Below are positions 26,675-40,800 of a stretch of DNA of 64,000 bases, in pieces. A program made the position numbers and the translations under genes. Position 1 is the first letter of the stretch. Every line of letters begins with the position of its first letter. Below the pieces are notes generated by a model. It saw only the letters and a list, made by a program, of their open reading frames with translations, made no database searches and was not told the origin of the DNA. The DNA is from Octopus sinensis (Eukaryota), in contig NC_043004.1 of NCBI RefSeq assembly GCF_006345805.1, positions 5,084,001-5,148,000 of the forward strand, written 5' to 3'.

Positions 26675-27429
26675 TTCCCTTCAGTGTTAGAGAGCTTCAT
26701 CCAACTCCCTGTTGGAACTGGTACATTTTGGAGAGGAGAGGATGTTGCTCACCAGGGAGAAGCAGGCGTAGGTGGAGGAAAGGAAACAGGGGAGAGAGAC
26801 GGACGAACATCGTTTGGGCAATGCAACTGTGAAGGCAACAAAAATATACAATGGCATGATCGCACACATGAGCATGAAGTGGTCAAGCATTTAAAAAGAT
26901 TAAGATATGCTTTGTAACTGTGTATATATTTCGTGGATTTATTGTTCCATTACATAAAATTGCTTCAGTTGCTGTAATTTGCAGCGATCGAACAGTGCAC
27001 GACATTTTCCTTCATTTATTTCAAATCATTATGGTGAAAGCATTATTGATATCATGTATTTGCGAGAGTGAATGGAAAGTTAAAGACAAAGTTTCCGTAA
27101 CTCCAGTTTGAATGAATAAATTATTTTATCTCTAAAAAAAATATTTAAAAAAAAAGGAAAGAAAAAGAAAACAGTAAAAAGAGAATTATATTATTAATGA
27201 TTCACATATTTCAGTTCGAAAATTATTTATTCCACGATGGAGCCTCTATTATGGTCGTTTGACCTGCTAGGAATCGTAACCAAAAATCTATAGTAAACAC
27301 AAAAATGTGTTACAAAAAGAAAAAAAACGAAAAGATAGAAAGAAAATTATAAGCAATCCGATATGATCATAATTTCCTACTTTAAACAAGAATAACACAA
27401 AAAAGTATGAATTCAACCAAAAAATATCC

Positions 27430-27990
27430 TCAATGACAAATAATCCGGCCTCAGTAGAGGGTGAATGAAGAGAAAGACCTCTTACATATCCTCAAAAAAC
27501 AAAAATGAGTACCAGTTAAAGTTTGAGAAAATCAAAAGCGACACGGGATTTTCAAGGGTCGATATCCTGGGAAGAATGAGGGGTGTCTAGTGGAGGTAGA
27601 TATAGTGTGAATGAGAAAATGTCGGGTGGGCTTGGATCGAAATGGTAGAACCAGGCAGCTTCGATAAGCAGAGATCACAAGGGACAGCACGTGAATGGAT
27701 CCGGGCTGGAGTATGTGTTAGCAAGCGACTTCATATGGATTAGTCAAATTCCTTTTCTTTGGATGCAGTCGAGGATGTCCATATAGTAGAAGCGCCGTCC
27801 TAAACGTGGGAACAATATTCCATTGTACGTTTCACACAAGCGAATTAATGGGATGTGAACTATTTTCCAGGCCCTAATGAGGAAGACCAGTCTTTAGGAT
27901 GCAGTGATTGCTGTTGAAGACAGGAGATAGCAAGAGAGACCGTCAGTAATTGAGATCTGGTATTACTAGGGACTTTTGAAGGTTTTTAGA
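27430..27990 (-). mobile_element. Degenerate CR1/L2-group LINE fragment upstream of ALYREF
   Basis: Minus translation includes TMEYCSHV (EYCSHVW motif) with stops and frameshifts. Confidence 0.55.
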
Positions 27991-28397
27991 TGCGTGTCAA
28001 CTACAACTGATGTATTTTGTTTTATACCTTATAAGTATCAATATAAGACAGTAAAGAAAAACAGTGAAAAGGTGATTTTTTTCTTCTGTCTTCAGCTGTT
28101 ACTTTTAAAAATCTTAATAGTTAATTCATTCCTAATAGCGTATTTTATTTTTCATGGAACAGGTTTTGCGTCGCAAATTGAGGGTTAGTTTCTCCTATAA
28201 GGGCAGATAACTAAAGACAAACAAAGTTTAGAATCCCAGGAGAGGACAGCAATACTCCGAAAATTTCGATTAAATATTTAATATGTGTTATTATATTTCT
28301 TATAATTTAAAATAAAGTATTTGTATGTCTTTTAAAGAAATGTTTCAATTGAAATATAAAAAAAAAATGTGTTATTTCATATATTGATATTGGACAC

Positions 28398-28432
28398 TTC
28401 CCATCATGCATCACACACGGGACCGCCATTTT
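28398..28432 (+). promoter_or_regulatory. ALYREF proximal promoter motifs (Staf/ZNF143-like and YY1-like)
   Basis: TTCCCATCATGCATCAC at 28398-28414 and CCGCCATTTT at 28423-28432, 80-115 nt upstream of the ATG. Confidence 0.6.
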
Positions 28433-28511
28433 TATTTTGCACGTTGATGTTTTGTGTCGACTAACAACGACCAAACGCCATAGAAAGGGAAAAGGTAGGA
28501 ATCGTTAAAGG

Positions 28512-28763
28512 ATGGCTGCCATGGATAAATTAGACATGAGTCTCGACGATATCATTAAATTAGATAAGAAGAAAGGCGGCAGTGGTGGAGCAGGTGGAAT
28601 TAAACGTGGCGGAGTCCGCGGTGGACGCGTTACCCGATCACGGGGCGCACTCGGCGGCCGCGGTCGGCCAAGTCGTGGAGGTAGCTTTGGATTCAATTTC
28701 AGAAGCCGGGGAGGAGGCATTCAAAGACGAAGAAGTTCGAACAGACCGGCGCCTTATATGCGA
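28512..28763 (+). CDS. ALYREF: ALYREF/THOC4 exon 1 (N-terminal UAP56-binding motif, RGG region)
   Basis: MAAMDKLDMSLDDIIK matches the REF-N motif; RGG-rich; ends RPAPYMR at donor CGA|GTAAGA; 252 nt, phase 0. Confidence 0.95.
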
Positions 28764-31324
28764 GTAAGAAACCATTTCCTTTTTAATTTATATTAACTAT
28801 TTTCAAAGCTATTCAGATTTTTAAAATGCTTTAAATGGTTTTTTGATACGTGTGTACTGGCTCTTACTTTTTTAAACACGGCGCTCAACTGTTACTTGTA
28901 TGATCACACCTTGATGTATATTCACCCCAATTGATCGGTGATGCTTTTTTTTTCAAGTGTATATACAATTGCAGTACAATTAAGCGATAAATAACAGCCA
29001 AGATGTAATAGATATAAAACTGTTTTGACCCATTATGTGGTTTAAGGCTTTTCTTTCCCTACATGTAACGGATCTATTTGTTAACCGGGTACATTCAACG
29101 ATAATATGGAAAGTTAGGTCTCTTTTTCTAAGTGCAAAATCATATTATCTTGTACCATCTATTTGTCTCTAGTGGGATGGTGTCTCAGTTTAATTTATAC
29201 CAGGTTCCATTTTATTGACTCAGTTTTACGAATCACCTACTTTTTAAATGAATATTTAATCATTATTATTTTTGTAATTTGTTTCTTAATCATTGAACTA
29301 GTTTGTTTCTGCTATTTTCATCTTAATTCCTTCTTATAGATATTTCGCCTTGAGCGGTTTAAATAATAAAATCTAGAGCGACTAGGTGTAGCTTGACACA
29401 AGGTTTCCTATCTTTTAAATAGATCCCTTTGTTTCCCATGTAAATCTTCTTTATCTTCTGCATAACATTCATCTTATGGTGGCTGGTTTTAACTGCATTT
29501 AATTCACTTCCTTTAATATTTCTCGATTTTCTGAAGATTCATCCCAACCATAATCATATGTAATTCTAAACAGAAAAAAATCTCGTTGAAAATCCCACCT
29601 CTTCTTTTTTTTTTTTTTTTCGGCATCAAAAACCATTATATAAGAAACCAACTATTGATCCGTATATATTTTCCTCATTTACAATGGATGATCCAAAAAT
29701 AGCCGATCTCTTCAGGATTTGAACTCCGTAACAAACACCAAAATGACAGCTTCAACGGCCTCTCCATGATATTAGTTCATGCTGATGGTGACATAAGCGT
29801 TTTAGTTTGTCTTTGACTTACTTTTTTAAATTTACAAAGATCAGAGCTAATTTGTTCCGTAGTACATAAAGAACAAGTTTGTCCCAAACTTTAAGATAGA
29901 GATAACAGCTAAATAGGAAGAGGATTTGTAAAGAAAAATCGATGTGGCATGGCGGGAAGTGTTTGCCGGATGCTGTTACCAGAGCGTCGAATATTATTTA
30001 TTGATAGATTATAAAGAACACACAGCTGTTTGGTAGTTACATCTAAAATACCTTTAAAATAATTATTATGGATGAGGGACGAACTAAAGAAAGGCTTTAC
30101 TAATTAATTTATGCTTATTCATGTCTTTAATTACTATCAGTTGTCTGAAAATATTCAAGATGTTTATTTCTAATGTAATCTTGTGAGGTTAGTCTTACAC
30201 GTGTAATCAAATTGGCCAAGTTAGAATTTCAAGGCATCATCGTTTATCCTATGGTTGTTTGTCTTGGAAAAAAACTGGTTGGTAAACTGCACAGTTGTTC
30301 TACTTAGATGGCATGTTGGTTGTAAATTCATCTAGAAATTTTTTTCTTTTTAAAATAATGCAAATGGCTGTTTAAAAACAAATAATTGATCTAAGAGTAA
30401 TTAAAGTTAGCCTAAAATAAAAGATGCATTTTCATTCACGTGGTTTGTTTATTAAAAATGAGTGGACAGTTTATGTATATTTATGTAGGACTTCAGCTAA
30501 TATGTATGTGATATCTGCATATATTTCATAATAAATGATGTGTTAGCATTTTAAATGACACAAATGAAACTTCCTTGTTGGCATTGATAGAAATTTTAAC
30601 TTGATTGTTATGACTAATTTAAATCAATCGAAAGGAGTATACAGCTAATAAAGTATTCCTGGATCTAATTAAAAAATTTTACCCAAGGCCAGCAGTTTTT
30701 TAGGAGAAGGTGGTTAGTCGATTCCAGTGCATGTACTTTATTGACCCTGAAAAGATGAAAGGCAAAGTGAGCCTCAGTATAGTTTGAACTCATAACATAA
30801 TTAGAAGAAATGCCAGTAAGCATTTTGTCCCGTGTGCTAAGAACTTTGCCAGCTCATTACCCTTTTCTTGAATCTAATAATCCTTTCTACCTTAGACGCA
30901 AGTCCTGGGTTTTGTGGGGCAGTCGATCACATCGACCCCAGTGTTTCACTGGTTCTTAATTTATTGACCCTGAAAGGATGAACAGCAAAGTCAACCTCAG
31001 TGGAATTTGAACTTTGAACGTAAAGACAGGCAAAATACCACTAAGCATTTTACTCAGCATGCTAACAATTCTGCCAGCTCACTGCCTTAATTTCTTGGAT
31101 CTAATAATGATGTTTAAAAGTTTGGACTACTTTTTAAAAAGCGGGTGGAGACAATGTCAGCTGTATTGGTGGTGTTTCTCAGAAAGTTTTGTAATATTAT
31201 TAAGCAAAAGAACTGCCAAGTGGAAGTATGTCATGAAAAAGAAATTCCGATTTAATTAACTTGTTTGGGAATCCTTTTAAATATTGCATAGAAGGTAGCT
31301 TTCATATGTGTATGTCTTCTTATG

Positions 31325-31682
31325 TGGAGGTGCAATGGTCCAGTGTTTGGTGCAGCAGACTCGCGGTTTCGATTCCCAGACCGGGTGTTGTGAGAGTTTA
31401 TTGAGCAAAAATACCTAAAGCTCCACGTGGCTCCGGTAGGGGGTTGTAGCGAACCCTGCTGTACTCTTTCACCACAACTTTCTCTCACTCTTCTTCCTGT
31501 TTCTGTTGTACCTGTATTTCAAAGGGCCAGCCTTGTCATGCTGAATCGCCCCCAAGAACTACGTTATGAGTACGTGTCTGTGGAGTGCTCAGCCACTTGC
31601 ACATGAATTTCACAAGCTGGCTGTTCCATTGATTTGGTCAACTGGAACCCTCGTCATAACCAACGGAGTGCCACAACAACAA
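31325..31682 (+). mobile_element. tRNA-derived SINE (third family) in ALYREF intron 1
   Basis: GGAGGTGCAATGGTCCAGTG...GGTTTCGATTCCC head and (CAA)n tail. Confidence 0.6.
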
Positions 31683-34600
31683 TGGCTTCCAATATATGTG
31701 TACATGTTTTCCCTGTAAGAATAGTATCGTGCTTTTACCCTCCTTAGACTTCCCTGTTATTTAATTTAAACCTCTTTGATAGCAACTTGTCAGATACTGC
31801 CCTTGATTCTATGATACAAGCTTCATGTTAATATGCATTCCAAATACCAGCTTAATGATGAGTATTATGTGGAAAAATTCAGGCAGTGTTTCAATACAAA
31901 AGGGTTAAGCCATTAGTTGATTAAGTTTCATGCTTTTTACTGACACTTCTAAAGATGAAAGCAGGAGAAACCATTCTTACCTATTGTGTTAGAGTTGTTT
32001 CATATTCACTATGTTATCCAAACTGACTAAAAAGAATGAACTTTACACATCATCTAATTATAATTGGCCTTCTTCAGGCCATGTGGCTCTCACACCACTT
32101 AGCATTGTAGCACTTGGAAGACCAAGTGTATTTTTGTGCTATGTGGAACTGTGAATAATGGAAACCTTAGTCCCAAGATATTAATACAAATATTTAATAT
32201 TTAAGACGTGTTAGGAAGCGTATCCAGCCGTAGAAACCATGCCAAAGCAGGCACTGGAGCATGATGCAGTCCTTGGACCTGTAGGATCCTGTCAAACCAT
32301 CCAGCTCATGCTAACATAGTTTTTAAATGATGGTGATATACATAACAGCCAACACTATGTAATAGACAGGTGTTAGATGGATTAGCCAGATGACTAGTTT
32401 CCATCGTGTGTAAGGATTTCATCTGCAACTGAGTGCTCTCTTTAACTCTCCTTGGAAACACTGCTTATTAAATCTATTATTGCTAATGGCTTAAGTAAAT
32501 CAAACTGATTTTCATATATGATACTTTCTTGGCAGCTAGTTTCATTGCTAAATTACTGGTGTATTCGGTGTTTTGCTTCCATGCTGTGCTGTAATACAGA
32601 ATATATCTACAGATTTTTGTTTTTATATACACGTACTTGGCATCAGGAAGGACATCTAGCCAAAGAAACCATGCTCGATCTGACTAGAGTCTGGTGCAGT
32701 CCCTCAGCTTACCAGTCCTGGTCAAACTGTCCAACCCATGCCAGCATGGACAATGGATACTAAATGATGATAATGATGAACTGTGGACAGAAAAAGAAGC
32801 ATTACCTGAACAAGTTTGAATCCTTTTTTGTGATATCATCGGCAACTGGCTATTTGCTCTCTTTCATTGTGCACTAATTGCGAGTTTCTAAGCAGTATCT
32901 CCACTGACAGTTGATTACTGATGAAGTCACCAGCACATGATTGAAACTAGACCAGTTGACCTCTCTTTTCCTGTCCACAAAGACATTGCGTATAATGACT
33001 GGGTGTTTATAGTTTGGGCCAAAATCTATTGATATATCCTCTAGTATAGTTGCATTGAAACTAAACAATTAATGTTAATGATTAATAGAACTGTCAAGAA
33101 TGCATTATATATGCAAATTGGTCTATCCATTTTACTGAAGCCCTTAGATCTATCATCTTCTCCTTACAAAGATACTTTGTATAAAGACTGTTTACACCTG
33201 TCTGTTACCATTTTGATAAAAAATCTATAGTACTGATCGTCTACACCACCCATCCACCCCATTTCATAGCATAGTTTGTTCCCTCCCCATCCCTGGGTTC
33301 ATATAGTCTTGCAAACTGCATGACAGCCTTGCTGGTACTGAGGGTACAAAAGAAAAAAAACAAAAAAAGCATGCAGTATGTGCAGTAAAGTGGTTGGCAT
33401 CAGAGAAAAGTATCCGACCATGGAAATTATGTCCAAGCAGATACTGGAACAAGATGCAGTCTTTGGATTCATCAGATCCTGCCTCACCGTCCAACACATG
33501 CCAGCACGAAACACAGGTGTTAAATAATGATGATGATCTATAATGCAGTACAGTAAGTATATGAGTCAGTGGTGTGTGTGTATGTGTACATATTTATGTA
33601 CAGGGATGGAATGATTCTAAGTTGATATTGTTCTTCCTACATTACAAAAAACTGAGTTGTGCCTAGTCAAATGGAGAAATTTTTATTTATAGTTAAACTG
33701 GTATTTGTATTTGTTGACAATAACCAAAGAGCAAAGTGTTTGGTTTGTTGCTTAGAATCAATACTTAAGAGAGAGAGCACAAGTTTACTTTTGTGATTAA
33801 TTACATTTTAGATTCCATTAGACAGAATCTATTAATAAAGAATTACTAGTGGGAAAAGAATTTGACTGTATAATTAAAAGTAGTGTTATGATTCAGACTT
33901 TTGAAGTCTGAAAATTCAATTTAAATAATAAATTGATGATAAATAATATCACTGACGCTTACCCTCTTGATAGGTTATTACTTTAATTTTTTTTAGTTAG
34001 CACATATTGTCATTTTGGTAAAGTTTCTTTTTTTCTTTTTTATTATGACTTTCAAGTTTTTGGAAAAAATGTGGGCCTTGAATTTGCTAGTAAGATATTC
34101 AGCTCTGCTGTTTTGAGGTTAAGATATAAGCTCAGGAACTAAGTCCAATCTTCACAGTTATTTCTGCCATTTGCTCTCATTTTTTAAGTTACAGTGTTCA
34201 TTTCTACATTCATCATCACCATTTAACATCTGTTTTCCATACTGGCATGGATTGGGTGGCTCAACAGGAGTGGACTGTACCCAGCTGCAATGTCTGCTTT
34301 GGCATTGATTCTACAGTTGGATGCCCCTTCTAGTGTCAATCACTTTACAGAATGTACAAAGTGCCTATAAAGGCTGGCACCAGTGAGGTGACCAGGTAAC
34401 TTGCAAGACGAAATCATGCAGATGAGGAGAGGTGTGGTATTGAGGGAAGGGGCTCTGTGCCTGGAGATAAGAGGTTAATGTAATGATAGGATAGAAAGAG
34501 AGATGGTAAAAATATGTAAGAGCATACTCTCGAGTTAGAGGAAGGTGAATATAACTGGTTCATAGGGGTGGGCAGGGTTAGGGTTCACTTTAAATTCTTT

Positions 34601-37600
34601 GTGCATAATTCTATCATGAGCCAGTCTATTGTCTAAATTGATTGTCATGCCGAATGCATTGTTGGTAAATTTGTCATTTTTATTTGCATAGTAAATTTAT
34701 TGTTTTTCATTAACAATGGAATAGAAATTTGAAGATGGAAAAAATTCCATCCTGCAATCTTGAATCTTTGAGAAATTTTGGAGAAGGAACACTGAAGGAA
34801 TAAAATAATAAATAATAATTGAAAAATATAAAATATAGTGCTGCAAGAATTCAATGGGTAATCAATGAATAGCAAAAGCATGACCTACTGAATTAAGAGG
34901 CATTGCTCCATTATTTGTCGTTTTAGAATATTTCTTCTTTCCTCCAATTTATAATTTTGTTATCTTTAAACTGTGTTCCATTTTGTGGCTCAGTTTTTAG
35001 AAATAACTTTGTTTATTCCTGCATCAATGAAGTAAATTTGATATTTCTCTCTCTCTCTCTCTCTTCAAATTGCCTTTTCATTGTTAATGAAATCCAGCAT
35101 ATTTACTACGTGAATACAAACTCTGTTTACTAAAGTGCAGTATTTGGTGACATTCACAGACATTAAATGCACCCCAATCTCAGCAGCACATTGTCAGGAA
35201 GAAAAGATTTTAGTACATTAAAGTTTGTGTGGAAGGCCCAACTTAGCATGATAGGACCCAGGGTGGTTTTCTGGAGGATAATATTGCATCTTACATGCCA
35301 TCAAATAAGGTATTTACTCTGTGGATAAACTGCTTGATGAATTTATTAATGTATTGACATTTACCATCAATGAATTGGCTTGCAGTTATCTTGTAGTGGA
35401 ATTACAGGTGGTGTTTACCATGGTGAATTTAAGTGAGAAAATATATCGAAAGATTTGTTGGTGTGTGATGCTGAAGTAGATATCATCATCATCATCCATT
35501 TTTCCATGATTGCATGGATCAGACGGAATTGTTGAGACAGGTTTCCTATGCCTGTATGACCTTCCTGTTGCCAACCCTTATCTGTACCTGTTTCCTAGCA
35601 AGTTAATATTTCCTATGACCAGATCAGTTTTTCATGGAAGTCTGAATATAAACAACATCACTTGTATGATGGTGACTGACAACCATTGCATAAGACATGG
35701 CTCCACACACACACACACATGTTCGATGGGTTTCTTTCATTTTTGTCTACCAAATCCATTCACAAGACTTTGATTGGCTTAAGCTTGTTGTAGAAGATAC
35801 TTAACCCAAGGTGCCATGCTGTGGGACTGAACCCAAGACCATGTGGTTTAGAAGCTTCTTAACCACACTAATGAACTTTTAAAAATCTAGTTTAATTGTA
35901 GAAACATTGCGTTTATGAAAAGAAATTCATTTAATTGTTGTTAATTAAGTATACATTAACTTTAGAAAGTTATGTGTATCAGATTTAAGTTTAAAGTCAA
36001 ATCTGATGGACATTTAAAGAAAAAATAAATCGAAGAAAAATATTTGAAATTTGGCAAGAAAGAAATGTACTTTTATATATGATTTTCATATTTTGCACCT
36101 GGGTTGAAAAATTCATCATCTTTTACAGGGAGGCAGATCAAATCCCTGGTTCAACAATACTAGATTGGTGAGAAAAACTAGTTTTTTTAGTCATTTCATT
36201 TGATTTTGTTTCCTTGTTTGTGATGTCTTTGGTTTCTGTGGCATTGTTCTTTGAGGCTGTTATTTATCCCCTCAATTCACAACCAATGCTTAGGTCTATG
36301 TTTCATGAGCTCATAGAAACAGTTGACATTTCTTAATGTTTTCATTCTTTGACAGTTTTTTTTTTCTTTTATCTTTTACTTGTTTCAGTCATTAGACTGC
36401 AGCCATGTTAGGGCACCACCTCGAAGACTTATAGTCGAACAAATTGATCCCTGGACTTATTTTTTTAAGCCTAGTACTCGGTCTCTTTTGCCGAACTGTT
36501 AAGTTACGGGGACATAAACACACCAACAATGGTTATCAAGTGGTGGTGGGAGAAAACACAGACATACACACACACATATACATGTACATATATGGTGGGT
36601 TTCTTTCAGTCTACAAAATCCACTCACAAGGTTTTGGTTGACCTGAGGCTAGAGAAGACTTGTCCAAGGTGCCATGTGGTTGAGAAACAAACTTCTTACC
36701 ATACAGCTACGCCTGTGCTTTCATTCTGTATATGAAATTGTTAACGTGTATTACGCACTGGGAGAAATGTTTTATCTAATATTTTATCATCCATCTGAAA
36801 TTTAGATTTGTTTGCTTTTTAAGTAGTTCAAGTCGATGTTGACTAAAATGATTATGTATGAGACTGTTTTTACATTGTTTAACATCCACTTTTCCATGCT
36901 TTACATGGATCAGACAGAATTTGTTGAAGCAGATTTTTCTACAGCCACACACCCTTCCTATTTCCAAGCTAGTTGATGTTTCCCCATCGCTAGAGGGGTT
37001 TTATTTTATGGAAAACTGGAAGTAGACAACATCATTTGTATGATGATGATCATCATCATTTGCAACCATCATATGATGTCAAGACAAGGTGACACAAATA
37101 TGCACATACACACTCATAAGGTTTCTTTCATTTTTCTGCCTACCATATCCACTTACATGGCTTTGGTCATCCCTGGGCTGTAGCAGAAGACACTTGCCTA
37201 AGGTGCCGCACTGTGGAACTGAACCCAAGACTACATGGTTGGGAAGCAAACTTCTAATAAATTTTTTAAAATCTAAAACCCATAATGGCTAAATGTATTT
37301 ATAGAAACATTTCCTATATGAAAAGAAATTCACTTAAGAAAGGCACATAAGAACACACACACATACATGTACATATATACTATGAAAAAGTTAGGCGGTC
37401 TGAGAGGTGGATATGTTTATTTAGCCATTTGTTATTCTTAGGATTCTTCATCATGTAATGATAATTTCAGTGTATAATTATTTTATGTCCTTGCCGTGGC
37501 CGATGCCAGTATGGCCTGACTGGTACCCATGTTGGTGGCATGTAAAAAGCACCATTTGAGTGTGGTCAATGCCACTGCTGCCTGACCAGTCCCATGCTGG

Positions 37601-38660
37601 TGGCACATAAAAAGCACCATTTGAGCATGGTCATTGCCACTGCTGCCTGGCTCCTGTGCTGGTGGCATGTAAAAACACCATTCAAGCATGGTTGTTGCTA
37701 GTGCCGCCTGACTGGCTCCCGTACCGGTGGCACTTAAAAGCACTATTCAAGTGTGGTCAACACCAGTACCACCTGACTAGCCTGCGTGCCGGTGGAATGT
37801 AAAAAGCACCCACTACACTCTGAGTGGTTGGCGTTAGGAAGGGCATCCAGCTGTAGAAACTTTGCCAGATCAGATTGGAGCCTGATGCAGCCTTCTGGCT
37901 TGTCAAACTGTCCAACCCATCCCAGCATGGAAAGCGAATGTTAAAAGACGATGATGATGTGCCTGCACAAATATGCATTGTACAATATAGTTGTACATTT
38001 ACAAATCAATGCACTAATGCTTCATTGCATATTAGTGCAGACATGTGAAATAACTTATACACTGAAATTATTATTACATGAAGAAGGCTGCGAAACGGCT
38101 GTAATCCTAAGTATAACAAGTAGTTATATAATTGTATTCACCTTTCATACCTTCTGACGTTTTATGGTTTATATATTCCTCATGAATTCATTTCATCAAT
38201 TGGATCTCCTGGATTTCAGCTGCATAAAACGCTGTGCTATACTCCTCTGTGTTGGATTACTGTGTGGTATGATAGCCGGATCCTCTGGAGGAGCTTTCTG
38301 TGATAGCCACATGGTTCTATGAATCCATATATTGCAAATTTATACACGCGCGCGTGTGCATACACACATAGTGGCTTTCTTTCAGCTTCCGCCTACCAAA
38401 TCCATTCACAAGCCTTTGCTTAAAGTGCTGCACAGTGGGATTGAACCTGAGACCACAAGCTTGTGAAATAAACTTCTTAAGCACACTGCTACACCTGTGC
38501 CTGTATTTTATCTATGAAAATATTGACTTGTCTCATTGAGTATCTGTTTACTTATAATATTGTTTTTGTGTTTAATTTTCTTTTTTCTTTTAATTTGTTT
38601 CTGTTTTCTAATTCGTATCACACAAATATCTGTTTATTTTATTTTTATTTCCCTTTTCAG

Positions 38661-38816
38661 CCAAAAGAGCTTCCTGATGTGTGGCAACATGATCTCTTTG
38701 ATGGTGGTACTGCTGGACCCATAAAACGTATGATTGGTGGCAGAATAAGCACAGCGGGGCAGGGCAAATTGCTAATTTCCAACTTAGACTTTGGAGTTAA
38801 TGATTCAGATATTCAG
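38661..38816 (+). CDS. ALYREF: ALYREF exon 2 (WQHD motif, start of RRM)
   Basis: Polypyrimidine tract + TTTCAG acceptor; [14 protein letters not shown]...[17 protein letters not shown]; donor CAG|GTACAT; 156 nt. Confidence 0.96.
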
Positions 38817-40049
38817 GTACATTTGTGTTAGCTTTACTCTGTAATTCTTCACTTTATATCTTGCATTGGTTTTATTTAGAATGGAGATCCAGCTGTAAAA
38901 AAATAATAATTTGAGACTAAGAATTCATAATGGAGATATTACAAGCTTCATCGAGTATATTCTAGCATAGAAAAATTGATATATGGAAGAAACAAAAAAT
39001 GACTTTATACGTATTTGTATTTATTTTCTCTATATATAAAGAAAAGTGACCAAGACTTCTGGCAATTTGCTATGCTTGAGAAGACACATTGAGTTAAGTG
39101 AAATCATGGTTGTGATCAGTGCCAGTGATATGTAAAAGATACCCAGTACACTCTGTAGAGTCAGTGGTTGGCTTTAGGAAGGGCATCCAGGTGTAGAAAC
39201 CATGCCAAAACAATTGGAGCCTGGTGCAGCTCTCCAGCTTATTAGCTCTAGTCACTATCTAACCCATGCCAGCATGGAAAACAAGCATTAAATAATGATG
39301 ATATATGGCTTGTTCTCACTCTTTATCATTGTGTATACCTAAAACATGAGAGTACAAAAGAGATTGTTATATGTGTGAGATGATTGAAGACATTAGTAAC
39401 TTACTACATTAGGCTAATGAATAGTCAATAATATTCAAAAATATACTGAAAGCATTAAAACATGCAGGAGTCGGAGTTAGTAAAATTGTACCGACTCTGA
39501 CTCACAATGTCTTTATTCTTTAATATAAACCAGTTATAACATATAGGCCTACTCCAAGTACAAGCGTATGCATATGCTTTATGAGAAATGTAGACCACAA
39601 TCACTTAATTACATAAAGAGGGGTCGGAGTCAAAGTTTTTTGTTCTAACTCCACAGCCCTGGTTGTAATAATATCAGCTTTGTGCAGCCTATCAAAACTC
39701 AAACCATGGACCCCTTTGATTCTTATTTTACTCTGGTAATTTAATTTTTAAATATTATTAGGAATTGTATAAAAAATATTGTTAAAACATTTTGTGTATT
39801 GTAGAAATATAATCTATTTATTGCACATAACTTTTAGCAAAATCTTATTTGGGATCTCCAAGGGTCATAATGGACCCTGGCTGAGCACCACTGATTTAAA
39901 GCATATGCATTCATATCATCAAGTCTACAAAATACATTTAATACTTTCAACTCTCAAATTACAGCAGCTTTATAATACAGTGTGTGAGAGGTATTTGAGG
40001 ACCTATTTGCTAATTCAATAAGGCAATGCCAATCTAGCAAAAACCAAGT

Positions 40050-40800
40050 GTATTTTAATAAAACTTTGCACATAAAATTATTGTATGAATCCATCTTCAG
40101 CTTCAGTGCAGGCCCTAAATGGTCCTTATTCATTTCAGACATCACCTGGACAGTGGCTGACTTCATTGAAGCTATGGTATTGTGGGGATGTTGATTAATT
40201 TTTCTTTCAACAATGCTCCAAGCATAATAGTCCATGGAATTTAAATCTGGCGAGTTTGGAGATCACAAGTTTGGTATTAGATGATTTAAAAGATTGTCTA
40301 ATATATATTCTTGGGTTATGGGAGCTTTGTTGGAAAGTGCTGAGTTGTGTTGAAATGCTTATGGTCTTCCGCTGCATACTTCATCCATCCAGAGCTCAGC
40401 AAAACATTGTTGAGCAACCATTTGGCACAGATCTAACAAGTTTCCCTGTCTTAGAAAACAGGAAATGGCCTCTCCTTGTGTGCTAGTTCGGATGGTCTAC
40501 TCTAACAGCTGAAGTTCTTTGGCAGTGGCCCTCCTTGATTTTCTAGGATCGTTATTAATAATGTTTTGAATCCATTGAATGAATTGCAGTGTCCTTACAG
40601 TGTTTAAACATTTAGTATGGTTCTTTTTTTTCTCTTGGACACAGTTGAAACATCCCCACCAGAGATTTCCAACTCCCTCCAAACCTTGTGTACAAAAGAT
40701 TTTGCAACATTTAGAAAGTTGGCAATTTCTAAATCACTGTTCCACTCTTATGGCAACAATGATTGCATGTCTTTTCATTTCTTGTGTTAGCATTTTGTCT
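40050..40800 (-). mobile_element. Tc1/mariner-superfamily (SPDLNPxDY-type, maT/DD37D-like) transposase remnant in ALYREF intron 2
   Basis: SPDLNSMDYYAWS motif; HTH-like DPRKSRRATAKELQ; heavily deleted. Confidence 0.7.

Noticed and set aside
37490-37830. CRISPR-like look of repeated palindromic GTGCCGGTGGCACGTAAAAAGCAC units
   Set aside because: Intervening sequences are homologous to each other, the array is part of an RTE 3' UTR, the DNA is eukaryotic and there are no cas genes
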